From NCBI GenBank assembly GCA_964429275.1, contig CAYSBJ010000002.1:282459-346458 (forward strand): a DNA stretch of 64,000 nucleotides, given 5' to 3'. How positions within the stretch are numbered: the stretch's first letter is position 1; each line of letters starts with the position of its first letter. The notes under the pieces were generated by a model, which was not told the origin of the DNA, made no database searches, and worked only from the letters and a program-made list of their open reading frames with translations. Position numbers and translations under genes: made by a program. This document shows positions 17,641-27,642 of the stretch, piece after piece. Origin of the DNA: an uncultured Pseudomonadota bacterium (GTDB lineage Bacteria > Babelota > Babeliae > Babelales > JAUPTZ01).

Positions 17641-19275
17641 GTGTCACATTTGCATTCATTCTTTATTGGCCTCTTGCTCGTTGCAAACCCCGTAGTGGGT
17701 ATGGATGAGACAACACATCCTGTCGATGCCGATGCGATCGCAACCGCGATCAACCAAACACTCGACAACGCAGGCGCGCCAGGCCGAATTAATGCGGACA
17801 GCGCACTCGAAAAACTTTTGAATAACGACCGACTTGATACTCAATCCCGCCAAAAAATACGCAATGCCATAGGCGCATACCCCCTTCCTATTTCACGGCC
17901 GGCAACCCAAAAACTTTTATTCGATCTCGTTATCTTTGGCAAAAAACCACTCGACTCAACCGGGACAATTCAGCAGGCTGTTGCGAATGCTGCCGCGCAG
18001 AACTTTGACTTTGGCATCTACCGCACTTCAAATATACCAGTCTATTTGAGTACAATCGTAGACGCACAACTACAAAAAGAGTCTTTGATGGGAGGAAAAA
18101 AGAACGAAGAAAATAGCATGCAGCTGTATAGTATGAAAAGAAAACTCGAGGAGGATGAAAACCTTCTCGAGCCGCTCGATTTGAGCCAACCTGACGGAGT
18201 CATACAGGAAAATACCCAAAAACAATTGCTCGATCTCGCCTATGACTGCGTCCTCTATACAGATAAGCAGGTGAACAGTGAACTTCTGAGAGACTTCAAC
18301 CAGGCCTTAAACGCTGAACGCGAAAAAAGTAGACTTCAAGCCAACGTACAAGGACGGCTTGGGCAAAAGGTAGCTTCAATTAAAGACTTAACTGAAAAGC
18401 GGCTAAAAAGAATCATAGAACAAGAGATGCTCTCCGCCACAGAACGGGGCTCAGCCCTCATTTTGTATAAAATGTCGCAACTACTAGATGAAAAGAGTGA
18501 CCAGAAAGTAAATTTTGAGGAGGTATTCCATAGAATGCCGCCACTCACAATAAACGAATATATAAGTACCGTCGCCCCTCCTGGGTATATAGAAAAAATG
18601 CAATCGCTCAAACGTGCTCAGACCAGTGCCAAGAAAGCGAAGGAGGTCACTCCACGAGAAGCGCCCCGCGCCAAAGCACCTCCACCGCTAAAATACGATT
18701 CGCCACGCATCAATGCAAGCCCGAACCCTAACGCCAAGCCAAAAATAACAACGCCCGATTCTCTCGACTTCAGTAGCGCTTCTGCCAGCAACGCCAGTAG
18801 CCCAAATAACACTGTCAGCCCTACAATACCAGTCGGCAATCTTCTCGGTAACGGCACAGACGACAGCCCGCAAGCAATTACCTCCTATTCTCCGGAAAAA
18901 CCAGCCAATAAGTCTGCCCTGCCACTCATTGGTTTTGGTGGAACCGCCGTTGCCTTCGCATCGGCAATCCTCTACCTCCAGCGCCAAGAACGCAAAATAA
19001 ACACACTCTTAAAAAGTATCATAGATACAAAAGGCCAATCCCTTTATGAACGCGTTATAAATACAAACGCACAACGGGGCGGTAGCATGCAACAAGAAAA
19101 TATGGCAACGATCGTAAGAGACTTTAATCTTTCGCAAGAGAAGATGTCAGAGGCGTTGAGACTTTTTAAAAAACACAGGAATAACCGTGTCTTACGCAAT
19201 CACATGATTATCCCCTTCGCCATTGGCCTTCTCGGGTCACTTGCAACAGGCCATGCCTTCTTTAAGCAAGATTAG
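17641..19275 (+). CDS. secreted/membrane protein, family A member 1 (544 aa) with conserved C-terminal two-helix module
   Basis: GTG start with AAGGAAAGG upstream. Signal-peptide-like LLLVANPVVGMDE. C-terminal module (18910..19275) is homologous to those of the next two genes. Confidence 0.75.
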   Translation: MSHLHSFFIGLLLVANPVVGMDETTHPVDADAIATAINQTLDNAGAPGRINADSALEKLLNNDRLDTQSRQKIRNAIGAYPLPISRPATQKLLFDLVIFGKKPLDSTGTIQQAVANAAAQNFDFGIYRTSNIPVYLSTIVDAQLQKESLMGGKKNEENSMQLYSMKRKLEEDENLLEPLDLSQPDGVIQENTQKQLLDLAYDCVLYTDKQVNSELLRDFNQALNAEREKSRLQANVQGRLGQKVASIKDLTEKRLKRIIEQEMLSATERGSALILYKMSQLLDEKSDQKVNFEEVFHRMPPLTINEYISTVAPPGYIEKMQSLKRAQTSAKKAKEVTPREAPRAKAPPPLKYDSPRINASPNPNAKPKITTPDSLDFSSASASNASSPNNTVSPTIPVGNLLGNGTDDSPQAITSYSPEKPANKSALPLIGFGGTAVAFASAILYLQRQERKINTLLKSIIDTKGQSLYERVINTNAQRGGSMQQENMATIVRDFNLSQEKMSEALRLFKKHRNNRVLRNHMIIPFAIGLLGSLATGHAFFKQD

Positions 19276-19426
19276 TACCCCCGCAACTGTTGAAATAAAA
19301 AAAGCCATTCTACCGGGCTCTGCCCCCCCGCGTTCGGCTCATCCATGGACTATTTAAACGTATCATCTATACTATAAGGCATTATTGCTCGCAATTTAAC
19401 TACTTAGTTACCCACGAAAGGCGCAG

Positions 19427-22400
19427 ATGTTGTATCTTCTTTCCCTTCTTTTTACTTTCTCTCTAATTGTCAGCCCGGTACTGGGTATGGATGAAGGGGC
19501 GTCGACTGTGAGCAGTGCAGAACTTCCTGCGACTACTGGCGATGTTGTAGAGCCGAATGAAAAGAACGAAGCTATCAAAACAACTGAAGAAATAGGCGCT
19601 CCCGAGGAAGAAGCTGCTGATCTTGCATCAGCTGCTACTTCCAACCCTACAGATGAACCTGCGGTACCAGCCCATAACACAGCAGCAACCGCCCCGATGA
19701 GAGATGCTGCCAATGCAGTTGAAAAAAAGCATGCAATCCCAGCGAAACAAAGAGACTTGGCAGCCTTGCATGCTCAGTACAACCGAAATGTCAACGCGTT
19801 TTTAGAAAAGCATGTTATTTCAAAACTCAATGGTGAGAAAAAACACATGCCCCTGATATTACCTCCCTACATAGATGAATTTAAGCATGAAGCCAATGAA
19901 ATTAATGCTAAAAATGCTAAAGATGCTAAAGATGCTGACAGAGTCTTTGAAATACACGGCGCTATCCGCAAAATCATGCGATTCTTTCACGCACAGGGGG
20001 ACAAGGATTTTACTCCTGAAGAACTCAGGACATACTACACAAAGAACAACGATGTCGCTAAGGAATGGACCAAAGAAGACGCGAATGCATTTCGTAAGAT
20101 TATTCAGATGCTATTGGACCACGAAAAAGTACTTCTGCCTAAGATGCTTGAGCTCTTTATCCAGAATAAATTTGAACGCTATAAAGTTGCACTGACTCCA
20201 AAGGAAATACTCGCGTCGGCTATAGCGAACTTAAGCGGCCAACAAAAATTTCTGGCTAGGTACTGCCAATTGTGGACAAAATTAGCCAACACCTCCGATT
20301 TCGTTCGCGCAATTGCGCCCTCAACAACAAGTGTACAAGAGGTCGCCAACATCCTCATACCGCCGCTGAAAGAAATCCTTGGATCTCCGTATCCAACTCT
20401 TGATGCCATACAAAAAACAGAGGCTGAAGTGAAGGCTTTCGTCACTCAGTTATCGAAGAGGAAAGAAGCAGCCGCTCAAGCTCAGCAACAGGCAATGTCA
20501 GCAATACGAAAAACTCTCGCAGAAGAAACAAAATCTATGGGAACTGTCACTCAGCAACAACTAAAAGGAATAATGGAACGCGCGATACTCGAGGCCGACA
20601 ACGAGACAGAACGGAAACTCCTGTATAAAATGTGGCAACCATTAGATGAAACCAGCAACGAAATCGCAGATTACAAAGCCAGTCTCAATACCCTCCACCT
20701 GCTCACGGTGTATGAATACGAAGGCCACCCTCCCCTCGCCGGCTATACAGAAAAAATACAATCTCTTACAGACGCTGCTGCACGCAGACAAGAAGATTTG
20801 CTTCGGGCCAGAGAAGAATCATTAAATAAAGCGGCTGATGAAATCATTGCCGAGTTTGCCGATGCACATCCTGACCTCTCAGCCCAAGAGCGATTAGAAG
20901 AAGGGCTGGTAAGCGTGACAACGAAAAGTAGCGACCCTAATTACCTCTTGCAAAAGAATGAACGCACTATGGCCGCCCGTAAGTATATCCACATGCTCCA
21001 AAATCAAATGGAAAAGCTTGCTACGACCCCATTCATTCCGCTCGGTAATTTGTATAATCAACTAACCAACAGCTTTTTTCTAACAAAAGAAGACCAAGTA
21101 TTCATCGATCAAGTGACTACACAAGTCACAAAACGACAAGAAGAAATGAAGAAGCTTGATGAATTTAACAGGCGTTCGAACGATAGGCTTTCCTCGTTTG
21201 TCGGAGAAAATGAAATAGACCCACAAAGCTACGGCGCGGCGGTGGAGTACTACATACAAAAGTATCTAGATGAAAACACGACCAATGCAGAAGATGTAGC
21301 CGTCATGTTTAAGCTTTTGGAGATTCAAGCAAAACTAAAACAAGATGATTACCAAGGATCAATGGATCCTAATGAAATAGCCGAGAGAATTTCTGGTGAT
21401 GCGCTAGCAATTATTATTTCTCCGGAGGAGGCAGGTGAATTCAGGCGTCGGTACCTGGCTAACTTTTCTACTAAATTCCGTGAATTCCTCACCAATAAAG
21501 CAACAGGGAAATTCTATTCCACAACGGACATAAATGAGAGCCACGACGAACAAATTCTCAAGGTGTTGAAAAAACAAGTAACTGCTCCAGCCTTACCAAT
21601 TGCCCCTAGAACAGCAACATCACTTGATGACACAGACGACAGTAAAGGCACTCCGCCAGTATCACACAAGTCGCCGTCGCCGAAACTCGCCGATAAACAA
21701 ATTTCCAGGACCCCTTCACCGAAAACAGCAGTTCAAAGGCCAACGTCACCGGAAAAAGGACCCCGTAGCCTTCTGAGTAACGCCTATCTCAGCACAGCAA
21801 CATCACTTGATGACACAGACGACAGTGAAGACAATGCGTCAGCATTACACAGGTCGCCGTCGCCAAAACCCGCCAATAAACAGATTTCCAGGACCCCTTC
21901 GCCGCTGATGCCACAGCAATCAAATCGGCATCAAAGCCCCCATCGACGATCGCCAACTCCACAACCAAATACGGCAGATATGTCTGATCAATCACCACTG
22001 ATTGATTCGGACATAGACGCACCAGCGCTAGATATACCAGCACCACTTAGAACAACAACTCCAAGGCCAGCATCGCCGGAAAAAACAATTAATACACCAA
22101 AGCATATCTCACCGCCATTGGCACAATCGCCTAAACCAACCGACGATGAAATGTTGCCAGACATAGATACTGATGCTGATATCAGCTCGACCGCGCCGCA
22201 AGCAAGCCTTCTGGGTAACAGCGGTCAGGGTAGCACGCCACCACTCGCAGGAGCTCCGGCAGCACCCGCAAAACCAAAGAATAAATCCGTCTTGCCGCTT
22301 GCTGCCTTTGGCGGAACTACCGCCGCATCAGCTATCGGATTCCTGCATTTACAACGCCAAGACCGCAAGATAACGGCGTTCTTGAATAGCATCGTCAATG

Positions 22401-22645
22401 CATCAGGTCAAACGCTCGGGCAACGTATTGCACAAGCTGAGGCGCAATCGAACGGCATACAAGAAAAAGAGATGCGTACGATCATGAATAGCTTTAATCT
22501 TTCACCAAAACAAACAATCGCCGTTACAGCGGCTCTGGAAAAGCAAAAAAGCATTCGAACCAAGCGGAGCGGCATGGTTATACCGCTGGTTGTTGGCCTT
22601 CTCGGCTCACTCGTGACCGGGCATGAGTATTTTAAGAAAGACTAA
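19427..22645 (+). CDS. secreted/membrane protein, family A member 2 (1072 aa) with S/T-P-rich repeat region
   Basis: Signal-peptide-like SLIVSPVLGMDE. Shares LLYKMWQPLDE...AGYTEKIQSL with member 1 (LILYKMSQLLDE...PGYIEKMQSL). C-terminal module at 22283..22645. Confidence 0.8.
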   Translation: MLYLLSLLFTFSLIVSPVLGMDEGASTVSSAELPATTGDVVEPNEKNEAIKTTEEIGAPEEEAADLASAATSNPTDEPAVPAHNTAATAPMRDAANAVEKKHAIPAKQRDLAALHAQYNRNVNAFLEKHVISKLNGEKKHMPLILPPYIDEFKHEANEINAKNAKDAKDADRVFEIHGAIRKIMRFFHAQGDKDFTPEELRTYYTKNNDVAKEWTKEDANAFRKIIQMLLDHEKVLLPKMLELFIQNKFERYKVALTPKEILASAIANLSGQQKFLARYCQLWTKLANTSDFVRAIAPSTTSVQEVANILIPPLKEILGSPYPTLDAIQKTEAEVKAFVTQLSKRKEAAAQAQQQAMSAIRKTLAEETKSMGTVTQQQLKGIMERAILEADNETERKLLYKMWQPLDETSNEIADYKASLNTLHLLTVYEYEGHPPLAGYTEKIQSLTDAAARRQEDLLRAREESLNKAADEIIAEFADAHPDLSAQERLEEGLVSVTTKSSDPNYLLQKNERTMAARKYIHMLQNQMEKLATTPFIPLGNLYNQLTNSFFLTKEDQVFIDQVTTQVTKRQEEMKKLDEFNRRSNDRLSSFVGENEIDPQSYGAAVEYYIQKYLDENTTNAEDVAVMFKLLEIQAKLKQDDYQGSMDPNEIAERISGDALAIIISPEEAGEFRRRYLANFSTKFREFLTNKATGKFYSTTDINESHDEQILKVLKKQVTAPALPIAPRTATSLDDTDDSKGTPPVSHKSPSPKLADKQISRTPSPKTAVQRPTSPEKGPRSLLSNAYLSTATSLDDTDDSEDNASALHRSPSPKPANKQISRTPSPLMPQQSNRHQSPHRRSPTPQPNTADMSDQSPLIDSDIDAPALDIPAPLRTTTPRPASPEKTINTPKHISPPLAQSPKPTDDEMLPDIDTDADISSTAPQASLLGNSGQGSTPPLAGAPAAPAKPKNKSVLPLAAFGGTTAASAIGFLHLQRQDRKITAFLNSIVNASGQTLGQRIAQAEAQSNGIQEKEMRTIMNSFNLSPKQTIAVTAALEKQKSIRTKRSGMVIPLVVGLLGSLVTGHEYFKKD
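21611..21904 (+). repeat. imperfect 183-nt (61-aa) tandem duplication inside the 1072-aa gene
   Basis: An identical 33-nt core ACAGCAACATCACTTGATGACACAGACGACAGT occurs at 21611 and 21794. ATTTCCAGGACCCCTTC occurs at 21701 and 21884. Both units encode TATSLDDTDDS...SPSPK..NKQISRTPSP. Confidence 0.85.
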
Positions 22646-22676
22646 ATAGTTTTTTATTGTTTAGAGAAGTTTTTAT

Positions 22677-24605
22677 ATGTTACATCCACGGCTACTTCTT
22701 TTATGCCTTCTTACCAGCCCGTTATCAATATTTTCAGCTACAAATCGGGATACTGTTAACACCCAACTAATCTTTTCATCCTCTGCTCCAAACATTTCCA
22801 AGACTGCAGCAGAGGAAGAAGGGGAAAAAAGGGCGCTGGCGATGGTAAAAGAAGTTGTTAAGCAGATTTGCACAGGCAAGCGGATGGAGCAAGCTGCCAT
22901 ATACAGAGAAGTAGTAAGCCAATTAGAGACCATACCGGACGCTTTTGGCACAGAATGTCGGAGGGTTGCAAAATTCTACCTTGAGCCAGAATCAGCCACA
23001 ATACCTAATCAAACAATATATACTTTGAATGATGCGATAGTTCTTGTACAAAGCAAAATAGCTTCCTCAAACAACCACTCAACGGCAATAGCCACAAAGA
23101 TACTAAAAAAAGCGTACGATCAGGAGTATCTATTATCTGCAGATGAGATCTACAAGAAAGTCAATGAGCAGCTACTCGGAAAAATTCTAAGCGGAAGCCA
23201 ACTCAGCACCATCAAGCATGAATGCTTCAATGCAATTAAGCACTGCTTTGAACCCAGAACAGTCTACGCATCAACTCTGTGCAGCAAAGACGATGTATTA
23301 GAGCTTCTGCCTGATACATCACCAGAAGAAAAAATACGGGACGCTATTCAATCGGTGGGTAGAAGAGGTGCGATACAACACGGTCGATTCTACCAGCTTG
23401 TTTATCGCCAAGTGCACCCAGATAAAATAAAGCCTACGCGATTTGCCAATGCATGCTCACAGCTCTTAGCGCGACTTAAAGCACCAACAGGTGAAGAGAG
23501 GGCGATATTGAGCACTAATCAAGCACTCGCACTTGTAAGCACAACAACTATAAGCGAAGAGGATGAACAGCTTAACAATCTCATTAATACTAGCTTTTTA
23601 GCAGTTGTTACTACGAGCCATACTGCAGGCGTAAGGGCAACGCTCAAAGAATGGCTCAGCATCTTAGCTCGAGAATTAGAAGAAGGGCAGCCGCTGGCAA
23701 GTGCAATGGAGAAACAAATTACAGACCTAGAAAGCAAAAAAAGCAGATCACCAGCGAACCTACACACTAGCTTTAACACAGCTATTAAGGAGGCAAAAAA
23801 AGCCCTTTTAGGCATGCGCATAAAGCTTAGAAAAATACTGCCACTGTACCCAGAAGAAGACACTGCAATACTCACTTCATGCGACGATGTGCACGAAGCC
23901 ATAAAGCCTCTTCTCTACGACGCGCGCAGCACTCTTTATACCAAAGATCTTGCTCAATCCGTCCAACCCTTATCTAGGGAAGAGAAGGCACAAATCTTCG
24001 CTTACTTAGTAAACAAAGAATTGCGAGATGTTACTAAAATGCTTAAAGAGCAACCAGCTTATGCAAGAAAAAAGTTCATGGAAAATGTATATCCAACCCT
24101 CAATGCTATAGCCAGAAAGGATCCGCAACAGGTAGAATATATAAACCTGGTCGTTGAGCGAATTAAAGCAGCAGAAAAATCAGGCGAATTGCAAGCACTA
24201 TTGAACGACTCACCAGCAACCACACTAAACGAGTCGACACGTTCAATAACCACTACGAATAAATTAAAATTTCCGTTTGGGGCAATCAACCTAATCTCTA
24301 CAGTATACTTGGGGCATTTAACACTTAAGGAGCGCAAACTTGCTTCATTTATTCAGGGCATTCCGCTCAATAAAAATGGCCAATCTATTTCAGAACGATT
24401 AACTACTTTAACCAAGCAAGATGGATCCATAGAAGCAAGTTCTATACGAAAGATTCGAGAAGAATTCGGTTTTTCATCAAAAGAAATGCACAACGTCAGG
24501 CGAGCTATCAAAACAAAAGAGACTATTGCCACCAGAAAAAAAGCGGCCCTCATTGCACTGACAATAGGACTTATTGGCGTTTTTGCGGTTAAAAGACGTC
24601 AATAA
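22677..24605 (+). CDS. secreted/membrane protein, family A member 3 (642 aa)
   Basis: Signal-peptide-like LLLLCLLTSPLSIFSA. The C-terminal module (24261..24605) aligns with members 1 and 2: hydrophobic helix, (K/Q)ER(K)(L/I), about 80 aa, then a terminal helix (I/L)GL(I/L)G. Confidence 0.75.
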   Translation: MLHPRLLLLCLLTSPLSIFSATNRDTVNTQLIFSSSAPNISKTAAEEEGEKRALAMVKEVVKQICTGKRMEQAAIYREVVSQLETIPDAFGTECRRVAKFYLEPESATIPNQTIYTLNDAIVLVQSKIASSNNHSTAIATKILKKAYDQEYLLSADEIYKKVNEQLLGKILSGSQLSTIKHECFNAIKHCFEPRTVYASTLCSKDDVLELLPDTSPEEKIRDAIQSVGRRGAIQHGRFYQLVYRQVHPDKIKPTRFANACSQLLARLKAPTGEERAILSTNQALALVSTTTISEEDEQLNNLINTSFLAVVTTSHTAGVRATLKEWLSILARELEEGQPLASAMEKQITDLESKKSRSPANLHTSFNTAIKEAKKALLGMRIKLRKILPLYPEEDTAILTSCDDVHEAIKPLLYDARSTLYTKDLAQSVQPLSREEKAQIFAYLVNKELRDVTKMLKEQPAYARKKFMENVYPTLNAIARKDPQQVEYINLVVERIKAAEKSGELQALLNDSPATTLNESTRSITTTNKLKFPFGAINLISTVYLGHLTLKERKLASFIQGIPLNKNGQSISERLTTLTKQDGSIEASSIRKIREEFGFSSKEMHNVRRAIKTKETIATRKKAALIALTIGLIGVFAVKRRQ

Positions 24606-24708
24606 AAGTTATAATCTTATCTTGCAATCACAAACACATGAGCATGTTTCATGACGCGGCCAAAACATTATGCATAAATTGTGAGGTAAAAAGCAAGGGC
24701 ACGAAGTA

Positions 24709-27429
24709 TCAACCTCGTTGCTCTACCGACACTATTGAGCCCGCAGCTCCCTTTTCCACAATAAAGTGTACGGGGAAATTTTCTTTGAAGGAGGGAAGAT
24801 GAGTCACCACAATGATCTTAGCGAAATCTTCCTGCACGGCATATAACGCCTGCATCAGCTGCGCCAACCCTTCTTCATCTTGAGAGCCAAAGCCTTCGTC
24901 GATAATAAGAATTTGAAGATGGGCACCAGCCCGCTTGGCAAGCAACTTAGAAATAGCAATGCGTAATGCAAAATCTATGCGAAACGCTTCACCACCGGAA
25001 AACATCTCGTACGGCCGCACTCCCATTACGTCAGCGATCTTAATATCAAGAGTTTCACGCGCACCGCCACGCTTGAGATCACGAAGAGACTCGATAAAGA
25101 CGTGGGCCTGATTGCTACTAAGCCGCGACAATAATTCATTGGCTTCAAATTCAATTTCAGGGATCGCTTGTTCAATAAGCAAAGCCTGAATACCATTTTT
25201 ACTCCAGGCTTGCGCCAGCGTAACACAGTCGTATTGACGAGCCTCCAGAGTCGCCACCTCTGCTACGCGCAACGCCATTTGCTTTTTCTGCTCGTCAAGT
25301 CGCACACGTTGTGCCGTTATGTGTCCTTGTTTTTTAACCGCATCCTCTTTTTGCTGCCGCAGCACTGCTCCATTCTTTTCGACATCGGCCAACGCCATTG
25401 TTAACCGTACGCGCTCTGCCTCGGCCGGCACCATAGCGCGAAGAGCTTCCTCTTTTTCTGCCAGCATGCGCGTTGATTCCTTCAGTTGGCGCCGCTGAGC
25501 GTCAATATCTGCCCGCTGCGCCGCCAACTGAACACGTCGCTCATCCAACCGCTCTATTTCTACTGCCTGCTTTTCAGCGGCGGCAATTTCCTGCTCCAGG
25601 AACACATGCTGCTGCTCGTCATACGCACTCGTTGACCGTTGCAACGCAATTTCTTTTTCCTTGTGCCGCAGTTGAACCAATTCAGGATCGTGCACCACGA
25701 GCTCGCGAGCATCGAATTCAAATTTACTTTTTTCCGTCCCCACTGAAGTCAACCGTTCTTGTAATGCTGTCGCCTCGCTGGCCGCTTTGGCAAGTGCCTC
25801 ATCAACCGACATCAGCCGCACCTGCAAATGCGCCTGGCGAGCCGCCCGCACTTCTTGCTGGCCACAGGCGGTTTGCAATGCACTTTGAAGGGCCTCTCCT
25901 TCCTTGACTCGGGCATGATCTTGGATCAACAATGCCTTGAGCGCCTCTAAAACTCGCTGTAATCGCGTCGCTTGATGAGCCACAATAGCGGCCTCTTTGT
26001 GAAGCTTTTCTTGCAGAAACTGCTTTCGTTTAGACGACAGCATTTGCTCACATAAGGGGCAGCTCGGACTTTCATCTCCCACCATTGCCGCTTTATGGCT
26101 CAGCTCTTGCTGCTGTCCCGACAACCACCGCATGCGAGGAACGTAAGTATTGTAAAAAGTCTTTCGCTTCTCGAAACGGTTCCGAACAACAGTATATGCA
26201 GCCATCTCTTCAGTTAGGCTGTCCACATCGCGCCCTCCTTCTTCTTGCTGGCGGTTGATAATTGCGATTTCAGCAAGAAGCTGCTCTCGCTGAGTACGCA
26301 GTTGTTTTTCAAAGCCACGTGCCTGCTGACAGGCAAGGTCGGCCACTTGTAATTTTTGCATCAGTTCATGCTGCGCAATGGCCAACTCTTGCTGCAGTTT
26401 TTGCTCCCGCATAAAAATACTTTTCTCTACCGCCATTGCCTGCTGCTGCAACACTAACATCTCACGCTGCTGTCCACGTGCCACCATCTCTTGGGCCCGT
26501 AGTTGTGAAAGCCGCTCTTGAATTTGCCCCCGGCTCAACAGCCCGCGGATCGCTGCCACATCGCGCCGGTAGGCAGCCACGATACCTCCCCATGCGCGCC
26601 GCTGCGCATTCAACGCCGCATACTCCTGCGCAAGACTTTCGGTGCGCAGCTGATAGTCTCGTTGTTTGGCAGTATAGTGTGCGTACGATTCCTGAAGAAT
26701 AGCCCGATCTTTTTCTTGAATGGCAATTTCATTCATGCATCGCACAACATCAGCCGTAACAATCTGCTCCTGCAATACGACTGCATCATAAGTGGCAAGT
26801 TCCTGTTCGTCACAAAGGATAAGCTCCTTTAAAACTGTTATTTGCGCACTATAGTCTCGGGCCCGCTCAAGCGCACGAGTTTGCAACGCATCGTATTTAT
26901 CAATGCCCAGAATAGCGGTCAGGATCTTTTTTCGGTCTTTGGGCGACTTTTGAGAAAATTCATTGGCATTGCCCTGACGTAAATAAGCAGAATTCACATA
27001 CGTATCATACTCAAGGCCTAGAATACGATTGATAACCTCTTGCGTCTGACGAAGGGTTTTGTCGGTCAGGCTGTGAAACAGCTCAGCCTGCGCATCATAA
27101 ACGCTAATATCAAGCGTTACATACGGCTTATTCCCCGGACGCATGGTTAACTCGCGCCGTACGCGGTAAAGTCGGGCATCCACATAAAATTCAAACATCA
27201 CCATCATCGAGCGGGCCCCCAAGCGCAACAAGCCCTCGTCAGGCTTTGCAGTTCCAGTGGTTTTACGAGCTTGCCCCCACAATGCCCAGGTCATGGCATC
27301 AAGCAGGGCCGATTTGCCATGGCCATTGCGACCGGAGAGGCAGATAAGGCTGTAGCCTTCAAATGAGATGAGTTGGGGAGTTGCCCCGTAGCTCAGAAAG
27401 TTGTAAAGCGTTATTTGATGCGGGATCAT
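24709..27429 (-). CDS. sbcC: SbcC/Rad50-family ATPase (906 aa)
   Basis: Walker A GRNGHGKSALLDA. Long coiled-coil with zinc-hook CPLC (SPSCPLCEQ). Signature and Walker B FSGGEAFRIDFAL...LQILIIDEGFGSQD. Confidence 0.85.
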   Translation of the reverse strand: MIPHQITLYNFLSYGATPQLISFEGYSLICLSGRNGHGKSALLDAMTWALWGQARKTTGTAKPDEGLLRLGARSMMVMFEFYVDARLYRVRRELTMRPGNKPYVTLDISVYDAQAELFHSLTDKTLRQTQEVINRILGLEYDTYVNSAYLRQGNANEFSQKSPKDRKKILTAILGIDKYDALQTRALERARDYSAQITVLKELILCDEQELATYDAVVLQEQIVTADVVRCMNEIAIQEKDRAILQESYAHYTAKQRDYQLRTESLAQEYAALNAQRRAWGGIVAAYRRDVAAIRGLLSRGQIQERLSQLRAQEMVARGQQREMLVLQQQAMAVEKSIFMREQKLQQELAIAQHELMQKLQVADLACQQARGFEKQLRTQREQLLAEIAIINRQQEEGGRDVDSLTEEMAAYTVVRNRFEKRKTFYNTYVPRMRWLSGQQQELSHKAAMVGDESPSCPLCEQMLSSKRKQFLQEKLHKEAAIVAHQATRLQRVLEALKALLIQDHARVKEGEALQSALQTACGQQEVRAARQAHLQVRLMSVDEALAKAASEATALQERLTSVGTEKSKFEFDARELVVHDPELVQLRHKEKEIALQRSTSAYDEQQHVFLEQEIAAAEKQAVEIERLDERRVQLAAQRADIDAQRRQLKESTRMLAEKEEALRAMVPAEAERVRLTMALADVEKNGAVLRQQKEDAVKKQGHITAQRVRLDEQKKQMALRVAEVATLEARQYDCVTLAQAWSKNGIQALLIEQAIPEIEFEANELLSRLSSNQAHVFIESLRDLKRGGARETLDIKIADVMGVRPYEMFSGGEAFRIDFALRIAISKLLAKRAGAHLQILIIDEGFGSQDEEGLAQLMQALYAVQEDFAKIIVVTHLPSFKENFPVHFIVEKGAAGSIVSVEQRG

Positions 27430-27642
27430 GCGGTCCTTTTTGGTTTATGGCGCCCAGTTTATAGGCAATACGGCAGAGAGCGCAAGTCTTACGAGGGCGA
27501 CACCGCGAACCCACATCATGAAAAGCGAAAAAACGTGCATTCTAGGCCTATTTTTAAAATACTATTTACAATGAGAATAGTTCGTCTGCATACTAAGAAC
27601 ATATCAAGCGTTGGGACTAACACATCCGGCTCTTGAGAAAAA

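Noticed and set aside
25473-25907. 144-aa plus-strand ORF and neighbours inside sbcC
   Set aside because: Antisense to the coiled-coil region of sbcC. The Ala/Pro/Arg-rich translation is typical of shadow frames.
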